A DNA stretch of 64,000 nt, taken from assembly GCA_035193785.1 (NCBI GenBank), contig CP136572.1, forward strand, positions 4,276,578 to 4,340,577. Reading direction: 5' to 3'. Positions 10,754 to 20,332 of this stretch are shown here, one piece after another. The notes beneath the pieces were generated by a model, which was given only the letters and a program-made list of their open reading frames with translations, had not been told where the DNA came from and did not search any database. This DNA is from Planktothrix sp. GU0601_MAG3. Lineage in GTDB: Bacteria > Cyanobacteriota > Cyanobacteriia > Cyanobacteriales > Microcoleaceae. The first letter of the stretch is position 1; each line of letters opens with the position of its first letter. The position numbers and the translations under genes were made by a program.

Positions 10754-11665
10754 CTAAAACCCAACCGGAACCACTAAACCCTCCCGTGCCATAATTGCCT
10801 GGGGAGATACCGCTTTGACTTCCTGTTCTATCTGATCCAGAAAGTCATCACTATGGCTGGGGTCATGGTGAAAAATGACTACTCGCTTAACTCCGGCGGC
10901 TTTAGCCATCTTTACCGCCTCTTGCCAAGTGGAATGTCCCCAACCGATTTTCGGAGATTTAGGATTATGATACTCCTCATCGCTATACATAGCATCGTAG
11001 ATCAAAATATCGGCATTTTTAGACAGATTTAAGACATTCTCGTCCAAGCCATCGGGGAGATGTTCGGTATCGGAACAATAAACCGCCGTCCGTCCCTTCC
11101 AGGTCACCCGGTAACCCATGGCTGTATTGGGATGGTTTAGTTGTCCAGTTTCAATCAGAATATCATCCAACATCATCGAATCTCCGGGCTTAAGTGTATA
11201 GAATCTCAAGTCACCTTGCAGTCCCGTCAGGGGAACTGGAGAATTAGGATGCAAAATTCGGTCGATAAAATGTTGTTTCATCGAGTCCCCATCCGGTGGA
11301 ATTGCCCCATAGATATGAAAGCAATTGCCCCGCATAAAAGCCGGGGTAAATAGGGGAAATCCTTGAATATGATCCCAGTGGTAGTGGGTAAAAAACATAT
11401 AGGCTTCCACGGGAGCTTCTTTGAGTAAATCATCTCCTAGGAGTCGCAGGCCAGTTCCGCCATCAAAAATCAAGCGTTTACCAGCCACTCGCATTTCCAA
11501 ACAGGAGGTGTTACCCCCATAACGAATCGTCTCTTTTCCGGGGGTAGGAACACTGCCCCTAACCCCCCAAAACTGGATCACAAAATCCTCGGGTTTAGAA
11601 TCGGGAGTAGATAAATCAGAGAGCTTCTGAGGGTTAGCCCCCACAGACGATAGGCTGGTTTCCAT
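10754..11665 (-). CDS. MBL-fold metallo-hydrolase
   Basis: FWGVRGS, YGGNTSC, THYHWDH, FHHDP motifs. Confidence 0.88.
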   Translation of the reverse strand: METSLSSVGANPQKLSDLSTPDSKPEDFVIQFWGVRGSVPTPGKETIRYGGNTSCLEMRVAGKRLIFDGGTGLRLLGDDLLKEAPVEAYMFFTHYHWDHIQGFPLFTPAFMRGNCFHIYGAIPPDGDSMKQHFIDRILHPNSPVPLTGLQGDLRFYTLKPGDSMMLDDILIETGQLNHPNTAMGYRVTWKGRTAVYCSDTEHLPDGLDENVLNLSKNADILIYDAMYSDEEYHNPKSPKIGWGHSTWQEAVKMAKAAGVKRVVIFHHDPSHSDDFLDQIEQEVKAVSPQAIMAREGLVVPVGF

Positions 11666-11666
11666 T

Positions 11667-12768
11667 TTATTCTTCCGGCTTCAAAGTTCCACACTGACCA
11701 TGATGACGCAGTAAATGATCGCACAACACAAGGGCAACCATGGCTTCCACCATTGGCACAGCCCGAGGTAAAACACAGGGGTCATGCCGTCCTTTCGCCG
11801 ACAACAACGTTTCCTCTCCCTCCTGGGTGACGGTGCGTTGCTCCTTCCGAATTGTAGCAGTTGGCTTAAATGCTACTCGGATAATAATATTTTCTCCATT
11901 AGAAATGCCACCCTGAATTCCACCTGATCGATTGGTTACGGTTTCGGACTGTACCCGCAGGATCGACATAAAATTCATCATTATGTTGACTGCCTGTGAG
12001 CAGAGTCCCAGCAAAGCCAGAGCCAATTTCAAATCCCTTACTGGCGGGTAAAGACATTACCCCTTTGGCTAGATCTGCTTCTAGTTTATCAAAGACTGGA
12101 GATCCGAGTCCTAAAGGAACATTTCGGGCAACACACTCCACCACGCCACCAATGGAGTCCCCCTGATCCCGAACCTGTTCAATCCGTTTTATCATGGTTT
12201 CCGCACAATTGCCATCGGGACAACGGACAATATTACTTTCCACTTGATCTAGGGTAACGGTATTCGGATCAATCACTCCTTCGATATCTTGAATCCGTTT
12301 CACATAACCAATAATTTCTACCCCGGCGTATTGTTTGAGAATTTGTTTGGCGATCGCCCCAGCCGCTACCCGTCCAATGGTTTCTCGGGCGGAAGATCGT
12401 CCCCCCCCTTGCCAATTTCTAATCCCGTATTTCGCATCATAAGTGGCATCGGCATGGGAAGGGCGATATTTAACCGCCATATCACTATAGTCCTGGGGGC
12501 GAGTATCCTGGTTGCGCACCATAATCATAATCGGAGTGCCCAAGGTTCGGCCCTCAAACACGCCGCTGAGAATATCACAGGTATCGGTTTCTTTGCGGGG
12601 AGTGGTGATCTTACTTTGTCCGGGCCGACGTCGATCCAGTTCCGCCTGAATGTCTTTGATATCAAGTTTTAATCGGGGAGGGCAACCATCAATCACAACT
12701 CCCACCGCCCCACCGTGGGATTCTCCAAAGGTTGTGATCCGAAACAAATGCCCAAATGTGTTGCCCAT
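11667..12768 (-). CDS. aroC: Chorismate synthase; apparent frameshift at about 11943
   Basis: [30 protein letters not shown]; removing one A from cgaaacc gives [12 protein letters not shown]. Confidence 0.95.
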
Positions 12769-12947
12769 AATGGTTGTGTTTATTTTGCCAAACTCTTTAT
12801 TTTAGCAGATATGGAGCCAAACCAGACCTGAAACCTGTGGAAAATATATTAAAGACGTACCTAAAGCTTTGGAGAGTATCGAGAAAACATCAGACAAAAC
12901 ATCAGAGACGCGCCGTGGCACGTCTCTACAGATATCCCCAACCCCAT

Positions 12948-13039
12948 CAGGACTTACGCAAATTTGGGGATGTAACCCCAGATATAGGGGTGATTTATGA
13001 ATTACCTCTACTATTGATAGCGGTGATGCGTAAGTCCTG
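12948..13039. mobile_element. 92-bp MITE with 13-bp terminal inverted repeats and 5-bp target-site duplication
   Basis: CAGGACTTACGCA...TGCGTAAGTCCTG flanked by CCCAT on both sides (12943-12947, 13040-13044). Confidence 0.8.
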
Positions 13040-13045
13040 CCCATG

Positions 13046-13177
13046 TTAGTCTTCGTGTTCTTCAAAGGGGTCGCGCAGGTCGGTAGAAGCGGGGCCGAAA
13101 GCGGTGTAAATCGCATATCCCGTCATGGCGACCACAACCACGGCGATAGAAATACTCAGAGTTAATGCGGGTTCCAT
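13046..13177 (-). CDS. psbN: PsbN protein (43 aa; absent from ORF track)
   Basis: Manual translation [43 protein letters not shown]; divergent from psbH. Confidence 0.95.
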   Translation of the reverse strand: MEPALTLSISIAVVVVAMTGYAIYTAFGPASTDLRDPFEEHED

Positions 13178-13408
13178 GATGATTAGTCTCTTGTTATTCG
13201 TATGCTTCTATAATAAAATATTCAGAAAACTTAAGACAATTTAACAATTGTTTCGGTGCTGGAGCCAGGATATTATGTTTAACCCGATATGGGGACACCT
13301 AAATCGGTTAACATGAGCCTAAGCCTCCCATCTGTTTCCTAGCTTGGAGCGGTGAGAGTGTCCAAAATCCAGAAAAAATTTTGTTGACGTAAAAAATTTA
13401 GGTGAACT

Positions 13409-13612
13409 ATGGCACAACGGACTTGGTTAGGAGATTTACTAAGACCTTTAAATTCCGAGTATGGTAAAGTTTCTCCTGGTTGGGGAACAACCTCTTTAAT
13501 GGCAGTGTTTATGGGTCTGTTTTTCGTGTTTCTGTTAATTATTTTACAGATTTATAATTCCTCACTGCTTCTGGAAAATGTGGATGTGAACTGGGCTAAT
13601 TTAACCCGCTAA
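13409..13612 (+). CDS. psbH: Photosystem II reaction centre protein H
   Basis: [18 protein letters not shown]...ILQIYNSS. Confidence 0.97.
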   Translation: MAQRTWLGDLLRPLNSEYGKVSPGWGTTSLMAVFMGLFFVFLLIILQIYNSSLLLENVDVNWANLTR

Positions 13613-13800
13613 TCAAGTTTAAAATCCGGTTAATCGTGAACTGTGAGGCGCAATTTAGGAAACAGGTTTTGAGTATAATAATTTAACAATACTTAACCTA
13701 AATTCTGTATTGCTACTTCTGGAAAGTTAAAAATCACAGTTCACGGTTTTCTATTGATAACAATTATCGATTATTTTTTGTAACTTAGGAGACTATTTTA

Positions 13801-14061
13801 GTGAATATATTTGGCATTGGTTTACCCGAAATGGCAGTAATTTTGGTGCTGGCACTTTTGATTTTTGGCCCGAAAAAATTACCGGAAATTGGCAGTAGTT
13901 TAGGGAAAGCCCTGAAAGGGTTTCAACAGGCTTCTAAAGAGTTTGAAGATGAATTTAAAAAAGAAGCTCAAAAGTTAGAAGAAACCGCTAAAATCAAGCC
14001 GGAAAATAACTCAATTGTAGCATCTACCCCAACAGAAAATTCAGTTAATACCCGGGAATAG
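13801..14061 (+). CDS. tatA: Twin-arginine translocase TatA/E
   Basis: FGIGLPE...LIFGPKKLPEIG..LGK. Confidence 0.93.
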   Translation: MNIFGIGLPEMAVILVLALLIFGPKKLPEIGSSLGKALKGFQQASKEFEDEFKKEAQKLEETAKIKPENNSIVASTPTENSVNTRE

Positions 14062-14116
14062 TTAATCAATAAAAATAGATAAATCAACGTTATTTAGTTC
14101 CATCAACGATATGATC

Positions 14117-14756
14117 ATGGAGGTTACGCCTACTAAAACCTTAATTATTCCTCAATTAATAGTAGGTTTAGGAAATCCCGAAAACAAATATGAGCAAACC
14201 CGACACAATATTGGTTTTGAAGCTATTGATGCTTTAGCAAAGGCTTGGCGAATTCCAATTTCCGAAAATCGCAAATTTAAAGGTAAATTTGGGGAAGGGG
14301 TGACATCTTCTGGCGAAAAAATTAGACTATTAAAGCCTCTGACCTATATGAATTTGTCAGGACAGGCGATTCGTGCGGTGGTGGATTGGTATAAACTGCC
14401 GCCCACATCCGTATTAGTAATTTATGATGATATGGACTTACCATTAGGACGGTTGCGACTGCGGTTGTCCGGTTCCGCCGGAGGTCATAATGGGATGAAA
14501 TCTACCATTTCCCATTTAGGAAACCCAAAATTTTCCTCGGTTGCGAATTGGTATTGGTAAACCTAAGTCAATGTCTGGAACAATGGAACGGGAAACGGTT
14601 TCCTATGTGCTGGGAAAATTTTCCTCACCGGAAATGCAAGTCATGGAACAAGTTCTCAAATGGGCGGGGGAAGCCATTGATTTAAGTTTGCATCAAGGTG
14701 TGGAAAAAGCCATGAGTCTATACAATAATCGGAGTATTGTTGATAATCCAGAGTGA
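14117..14756 (+). CDS. pth: Peptidyl-tRNA hydrolase; apparent frameshift at about 14522
   Basis: VGLGNP, TRHNIG, KPLTYMNLSG, GGHNG, RLRIGIG; removing one A gives HLGTQNFPRLRIG; start codon approximate. Confidence 0.93.
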
Positions 14757-15019
14757 GTTCTAAAAGTTTACCTGAAACAACGGCGTATGTGCGAATTACG
14801 CGACAATCTTGGCACCAGGGTCTACTCGAAGGAGAGGTGAGTGCTGGGGATTATGAGTGGCGATTTCAGTGGCGATTTCGACATACAAAAAAACTCACAA
14901 TTCAACCGTCCCAAGGACGAGCTTTAATTCAAGAACCTTTGGGACGGTTTTTAGAAAAGTATGATTATCAATTAGAACCCGGTGGGGATTATTCTTTTAC
15001 TGTTCGCGCTCAATTTTAG
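14753..15019 (+). CDS. Conserved cyanobacterial protein (DUF3146-like)
   Basis: LPETTAYVRI...DYQLEPGGDY; overlaps pth stop. Confidence 0.75.
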   Translation: MSSKSLPETTAYVRITRQSWHQGLLEGEVSAGDYEWRFQWRFRHTKKLTIQPSQGRALIQEPLGRFLEKYDYQLEPGGDYSFTVRAQF

Positions 15020-15042
15020 CATTACCAATTTCTAATAGACTC

Positions 15043-15090
15043 GGCGATTAAAATCGCAGCTACACAAACAAAGTCCGCCTACGCGGACTA
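15043..15090. repeat. Dispersed double-hairpin repeat
   Basis: gcgattaaaatcgc and agtccgcctacgcggact hairpins between convergent genes. Confidence 0.55.
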
Positions 15091-15165
15091 ATTTTAATCA
15101 AAATTCACCAGTATTGTCTCAAGTTAATTCTATAATTTAGGAAGCATTTTTTGAGTTGGTTTGCG

Positions 15166-16233
15166 TCAATTATCTTGCACTTTATTTTCTGGTTTAGGAG
15201 TTGGCGCTATGGATGGATTTGCCCAGTTTTGAAAGCCTCGGAAGATATCAGTATAGCTGATGATTCCGTCCAAAGTAAATTGACCACTATTAGGGTCTTT
15301 TGTGCAAACTACAAGAGCAGTAGGTCTATCTTTAGGATTAGGTGGAACAAATGTTTCAATCACTTTAGAGGTACGATCTTCAGGACTTACACGATTTCCC
15401 TCATTTAGCCGAAGCATAATATCTTTCAACGGCAATTTTGCGAATGATGTACCCAATGTTGGGTGCAAGAAAGTATTAACAATTACATCATCAACTATTC
15501 CTGTTACAAATTTACCATCTGATGTTGTGATAGGAATATGAGTGAAGGAATTTGCATTTCCCTGCAAAATTCCTCTCGCTTCAAGCAAATTGTTATTTTC
15601 GGTTAAGAGAGTAAGCTTACTTGCTATCTTATATATGCCATTATGCGATATGGTTGCGTTTAAGAACTCTTTATTATGTTCTCGATCATTGATTTTACGC
15701 AATACATCTGTATAAGATATTTGTCCTACAATACGCTGCTTGGTTCCATATACAAATAAAGTCCGATATCGCAGAGTAAAATTTTGTCCATCAGGTTGGA
15801 AACGGTTGATTAAACCGTTAAATACATCACCAACTTCACTATTTTTAAGAGCAAGAGTCTGAACGGGAATACTCATAAGTTTTACAAACTCTGGAATTTC
15901 ATCAATACGTTTGGCAAAAATATCTTTTGTAAATTTTTCTACTGCTGATTGTTGGCTAGGCGTAAGAGGAAACTTAATCGGATACTGGTTATTAGGAGGA
16001 GTTAAAATTTTCACTAAATCTGTCTTGCTAATGACAGCTTTTAGCTCTCCTATTGGTTGATCACTTTCAGGCTCGGTAGGAGCAATAATAGGAATATGCC
16101 TGACATTAAAGATATCCATCATTGCATCTAATTCGGCTACTGTGTCAGTTGGTTTTAGCCAGTGTACTGGTCTATCTTCTCCGAGTTCAGAAAATTCATC
16201 CTTAATAGGTGTATTCGGGTTCTTTATAGACAT
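15166..16233 (-). CDS. Four-CBS-domain protein (second paralogue)
   Basis: CBS signatures LKPTDTV..RHIPII..AVISKTDL; IVGQISYTDV; THIPIT..TGIVDD; LDGIISYTDI; ATG 16233 preceded by GGAGG. Confidence 0.8.
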   Translation of the reverse strand: MSIKNPNTPIKDEFSELGEDRPVHWLKPTDTVAELDAMMDIFNVRHIPIIAPTEPESDQPIGELKAVISKTDLVKILTPPNNQYPIKFPLTPSQQSAVEKFTKDIFAKRIDEIPEFVKLMSIPVQTLALKNSEVGDVFNGLINRFQPDGQNFTLRYRTLFVYGTKQRIVGQISYTDVLRKINDREHNKEFLNATISHNGIYKIASKLTLLTENNNLLEARGILQGNANSFTHIPITTSDGKFVTGIVDDVIVNTFLHPTLGTSFAKLPLKDIMLRLNEGNRVSPEDRTSKVIETFVPPNPKDRPTALVVCTKDPNSGQFTLDGIISYTDIFRGFQNWANPSIAPTPKPENKVQDN

Positions 16234-16255
16234 GATAAAAATCCTCCATTGTTGT

Positions 16256-17338
16256 TTAATTTTGACGGTAAACTTGTACGCGGAATTGTAAAATATCAAT
16301 TGGCGTTACTACCTTTTTCGGGCAAATTTTTCCTGCCAATTGTTCAATAATAACTACTTCCTTAAATGCCAAATTTAAGCAAGCATTAATACACTCTTGC
16401 AACGGTTGACTTTTATCGACCAAACATAATTTAGTTAAAGGTTTCATTATTTCCGATAAAGATATACCCATTAAACTAAAATACATGGGATGAGTCAGTG
16501 TTGTCACCTGCTTTTTATCAACCATTCCTAGCAAATTGCCATCTTTATCGCAGATAGTTATATGCTCTATCGGCAAATATTTCATCGCAAATCGAGCTTG
16601 AGCTAGGGTATCTGATGGTAGTAGAGTATATGGTTGTTCCATACCACTCACTTCCGGTAACGCTAAAAAGCGTTCGGCTTTCAATTGACAAAATTTTTGA
16701 TTAGATTTAATGTGACTTAAGATGCTTTCGGGAGAAGCTACGCCATAAACTGTTTCGTCCTCATTGATAATAGGTAAAACTCTGATTGCTGAAGTTGATT
16801 TATAGGATTCGACTAATTTATCCATCGCATAAATTAACCTCTGATTTTTAGATGTATAAGGCTTAATTTTTTCTAGTTTAAATACTTCTATTATCGGCTT
16901 TTTTAAACTATCAACCAAGTCCTCATTTAATTGTTTGCGAAGTTTAGGGGTTTTAATTCTAAACTTAACAGGTACATCTAAAACTGGCGGTGGTAATGAT
17001 TGTAAAATTGATAAGTCAGTTAGGATGCCGACAAATTTTTTATCCCCATCTACAATAACAATTTCACTCGCATTTTGCACAGTAACTAAAGCTAATGCTT
17101 CTGCTACTGTATCTGTGTCTTTCAAGATACAAAAGTCATGCGTTATAACTTTTGTATCTTCTATACTAACTGCATCGCTATTTTCCATATTTACATTGAT
17201 TTCAAGAGTTGATTCGATAGTTTGAGACTCCGACTTACTTTTGTTTTCTAGGTTAGAATTTTCTGTTTGTATTTCTGATAAAAAATCATCAACCCAAATA
17301 ACAACTTGGCCAAAAATTGACTTAAATTGTTCAAACAT
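16256..17338 (-). CDS. Four-CBS-domain protein (first paralogue)
   Basis: LKDTDTVAEAL..IVIVD..FVGILTDLSI; RVLPIINED..YGVAS; LLPSDTL..EHITICD..LLGMVD; KVVTPIDI; start overlaps upstream stop (TAATG). Confidence 0.82.
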   Translation of the reverse strand: MFEQFKSIFGQVVIWVDDFLSEIQTENSNLENKSKSESQTIESTLEINVNMENSDAVSIEDTKVITHDFCILKDTDTVAEALALVTVQNASEIVIVDGDKKFVGILTDLSILQSLPPPVLDVPVKFRIKTPKLRKQLNEDLVDSLKKPIIEVFKLEKIKPYTSKNQRLIYAMDKLVESYKSTSAIRVLPIINEDETVYGVASPESILSHIKSNQKFCQLKAERFLALPEVSGMEQPYTLLPSDTLAQARFAMKYLPIEHITICDKDGNLLGMVDKKQVTTLTHPMYFSLMGISLSEIMKPLTKLCLVDKSQPLQECINACLNLAFKEVVIIEQLAGKICPKKVVTPIDILQFRVQVYRQN

Positions 17339-18763
17339 TACATATAAGTTACAGATTGAGATAGTTTTTGAATCACTTTCCAGTCATCACTATTTGTGAT
17401 TTTGCCATCCTTATAGTAGGTAACTATAAAGTCTATTAAATTTCGATCTTCTAAGAATTGTGCAAATATTGGATATTCCTGCTTAGAATTGAATAAATTA
17501 TCTATGCCATTATCTATGTCATTATCTGTTCCACCTTTACTTTTCCAAGCCGTGTATATTTGATCCATAAGTTTATGATTGTTAGCTAAACGATCATAAA
17601 ACTCAGGAAAATTTAACTGGAGTAAAATTATTTTGCAAAATTTATACTTGTTATCTGTATTCCAGTCTATTTTTTGCTTTTCAATTATGCTTTTCTCCTC
17701 GGTGGTTAATTGTTTTTCCTCCAGCTTATTGGTAAGGGTAGAGTTGTGTTTTTTCACAATTTCTTGAATCATGTAAAAAGCTGTAATAAATTGCTGCATT
17801 TTACGGATATTTGAATTAGTAGCTTTAGCAACCATTCCCCATATTTGATCAGCATTATTATACTCGAAAGTTAAATCACCTTGAAGCAGTCTCTTTTTAA
17901 CTTCCTCTTGATCTTTATCAGAGAGAAAAAAGTTAAGATTGATGATTTTTTCTATATATTCTCTCCCAGTAATACCAAGCTCTTTAGGGTATCTTTGTCC
18001 CACCGCCTGCTCAATAATTCTTTTATCAATTCCAATGACAAAAATACAGTTAGACTGATCTAAATGTAATTTCAAGCATTCGAGGACAGATAAAGCATTT
18101 TCTGGTAAGCAACGATCCAAATCATCAATAAATATCATCAATCGGCCATTGTTACCCACATAACTTTCTACTGCTTTTCCAAAGACATTTTCAAAGTCAT
18201 TGATAAATTGATAAGGATTAATGAGGTGAGGGTTTTCACCATGATTAACTAACATTGCAAGTTGTTTAGCTATGGCTTCGGCATTAATAAAACCTGCTGT
18301 TGCACCATTAACATATCCTCCCGCTAAAACACCAGCTAATTTAAAAGCGCAAACTGAATAAGTTAAAGCGGCTTTTGTAATAGTTTGACGCTCTTTTGGA
18401 GAAATATTTTCATCTGCACATATTTGACTAAGAATAGTCTGGATCAGAGCATTTTTAATATCCAGTTTATCGTCATATTTCCAAGCATTAAACCAAACGG
18501 TTTTATATTTTTGGTTCTGAGTTGCTAATTTTTCAAAATCCCCTTTCATCCGCGCCATAAGGCTGGTTTTTCCGCTCCCCCAAGAACCAAAAATACCAAT
18601 GGTAAAAGCACCTTCTTTATGATCTTCACTTTGTCTCGAAAGTGGTTTCTGTAGCCTTGATAGCCATATTACACAGTAATTCAGCGTAAATATCATAATT
18701 AAGCTGACTGCTACTTCCTGGGCCACCGCGAATGATATTTCTATCGGCTTGATTAAAAGACAT
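17338..18763 (-). CDS. KAP-family P-loop NTPase; apparent frameshift at about 18647, probable true start ATG 18763
   Basis: Walker A GSWGSGKTS, FNAWKY, Walker B IFIDDLDRC, YIEKII; upstream frame MSFNQADR...LNYDIYAELL joins by removing one A from cagaaacc. Confidence 0.88.
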
Positions 18764-18789
18764 AACTTGTTTACGCCTTGATTTATTAA

Positions 18790-19377
18790 TTAGGACTTAG
18801 TGGACTTTTTTAGTTCTGACAAAACTTCTTTAATTCCTGATGTAACTGCCTCTTTAGACATAAACCCGTTGATGGTTTCTAGCAACAACCACTCACTATA
18901 TAAGTTGATTAAAGGTGCAGTTTCTTCCTGAAAAATTTGGAGCCGCCGACGAATAACTTCTGGAGTATCATCTGTACGATTTTCTTTAATTGCCCTCTTT
19001 CTCAGTCGCTGAATTAAAACTGAGTCTGGTACGTCAAAGTTGATGACACAATCACAACCTGCCTGATCTAAATCCCTTAATAATTTATCTAACGCCCCTA
19101 CTTGAGCGACATTCCGAGGAAATCCGTCTAATATCCAACCTGTTTTTGCTTCTTTTTTCGTCAATTGTTCTCTGACAATATCGAGCACAATGCTATCAGG
19201 AACTAATGCCCCTTTATCTATATAAGATTGTGCTTTTTGGCCTATCTCTGTTTTCGCCTTTCGCTCCTCGCGCAGTAGTTCGCCCGTTGAGATATGATGA
19301 ATTCCGAAGTCCTTGGCTACGATCGCAGCTTGAGTGCCTTTACCTGCCCCATTCGGGCCTAAAAATATAATTCGCAT
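18790..19377 (-). CDS. adk: Adenylate kinase (short-LID type), not in a ribosomal-protein/secY context
   Basis: GPNGAGKGTQ, ISTGELLR, GALVPD, ILDGFPRN, RTDD motifs. Confidence 0.92.
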   Translation of the reverse strand: MRIIFLGPNGAGKGTQAAIVAKDFGIHHISTGELLREERKAKTEIGQKAQSYIDKGALVPDSIVLDIVREQLTKKEAKTGWILDGFPRNVAQVGALDKLLRDLDQAGCDCVINFDVPDSVLIQRLRKRAIKENRTDDTPEVIRRRLQIFQEETAPLINLYSEWLLLETINGFMSKEAVTSGIKEVLSELKKSTKS

Positions 19378-19452
19378 ACTTTTTATGATTCAACAGTTGG
19401 TCGCTTTTCTCTCCGTATCCTAAACGATCGCTCCAAAACTGAAAAGCGGAAA

Positions 19453-19520
19453 AAGACGGATCTTTTTAACTTTTAGTTACAAGTCGGATCGAGACGGATA
19501 AAGTCGGATAAAGTCGGATA
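19453..19520 (+). promoter_or_regulatory. Tandem 10-bp repeats (core G[T/A]CGGAT) in divergent intergenic region
   Basis: aagtcggatc gagacggata aagtcggata aagtcggata at 19481-19520 plus aagacggatc at 19453. Confidence 0.55.
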
Positions 19521-19552
19521 TAATAACTTCAGTTCTCTCACATACCTGGCTG

Positions 19553-20050
19553 ATGGACATTCGCGAAGTATTGCAATTTGTAGAAGAAGTTGTTTATGCT
19601 AAGACAGGCCAACATCTAAATGACTTGCAGCGGCGCATTATCGAGGGAACACTGAAACGACAGAAATATATGGACATTGCAGAAAATTATGGTTGTTCTT
19701 TCGGTCATGCTAAGGATGTAGGTTACGAGCTTTTACAAATGTTATCAGATGTCTTTGATGAACCTGTTGATAAATATAATCTTAAATCTGTCCTAGAACG
19801 ACAGGGCAATTTGAATATTAATTTTGGTAATAGTAACATTATGGGTTACATTAATATTTGCTTTGATCGCCCCGCAGCTACCCCAGATAAAAGTCAGCCT
19901 GTAACTCCCGACTTCCAGCAAGGTAAGTATCAAACTAAGATTGAAACAGTTGGTAAGTTACGGCAATTTGGCTTGAGCGATGAGCAAATTGCAGAATTTC
20001 TAGGGTTAAGATTAGATGAAGTTAAGCAGGTAGACTCTGATTTTTATTAA
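19553..20050 (+). CDS. Putative DNA-binding protein (N-terminal cyanobacterial wHTH plus C-terminal HTH-like tail)
   Basis: TGQHLNDLQ..IIEG....KY.DIAE...S.GH.KDVG.EL resembles the N-terminus of cyanobacterial NB-ARC/AAA proteins; tail GLSDEQIAEFLGL.LDEV. Confidence 0.65.
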   Translation: MDIREVLQFVEEVVYAKTGQHLNDLQRRIIEGTLKRQKYMDIAENYGCSFGHAKDVGYELLQMLSDVFDEPVDKYNLKSVLERQGNLNINFGNSNIMGYINICFDRPAATPDKSQPVTPDFQQGKYQTKIETVGKLRQFGLSDEQIAEFLGLRLDEVKQVDSDFY

Positions 20051-20332
20051 TATATTATTATTATTCTATTTATGGAAACTATGGGAAATTTAAGCATATT
20101 GAAATTGCCGACAAGCAAATAAAACTGGGAAAACATACGATTGATGTTTCTGCTGAGTTAACACCAAAAAATGGTGATCATAAAGTAAGTTTATTAATTC
20201 CGGTAAAAACCAGAGAAACAGAAGGGGGCGGTCATTCTCATCTATTTACTCGTGACCTTGTTACTGCTATTAGCGATCTTAAGAAGGGAATCAATAACTA
20301 CCAGATCTGTAGGATTGATGAGTTGAATTTAC
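20041..20332 (+). pseudogene. Start-less gene fragment interrupted by the IS605-type element
   Basis: Stop-free frame ...HTIDVSAEL...LLIPVKTRETEGGGHSHLFTRDL... with no usable start codon. Confidence 0.4.

Noticed and set aside
12774..13116. ORFs 12774-13049 (+) and 12802-13116 (-)
   Set aside because: They run through MITE/REP DNA and overlap psbN; no protein motifs
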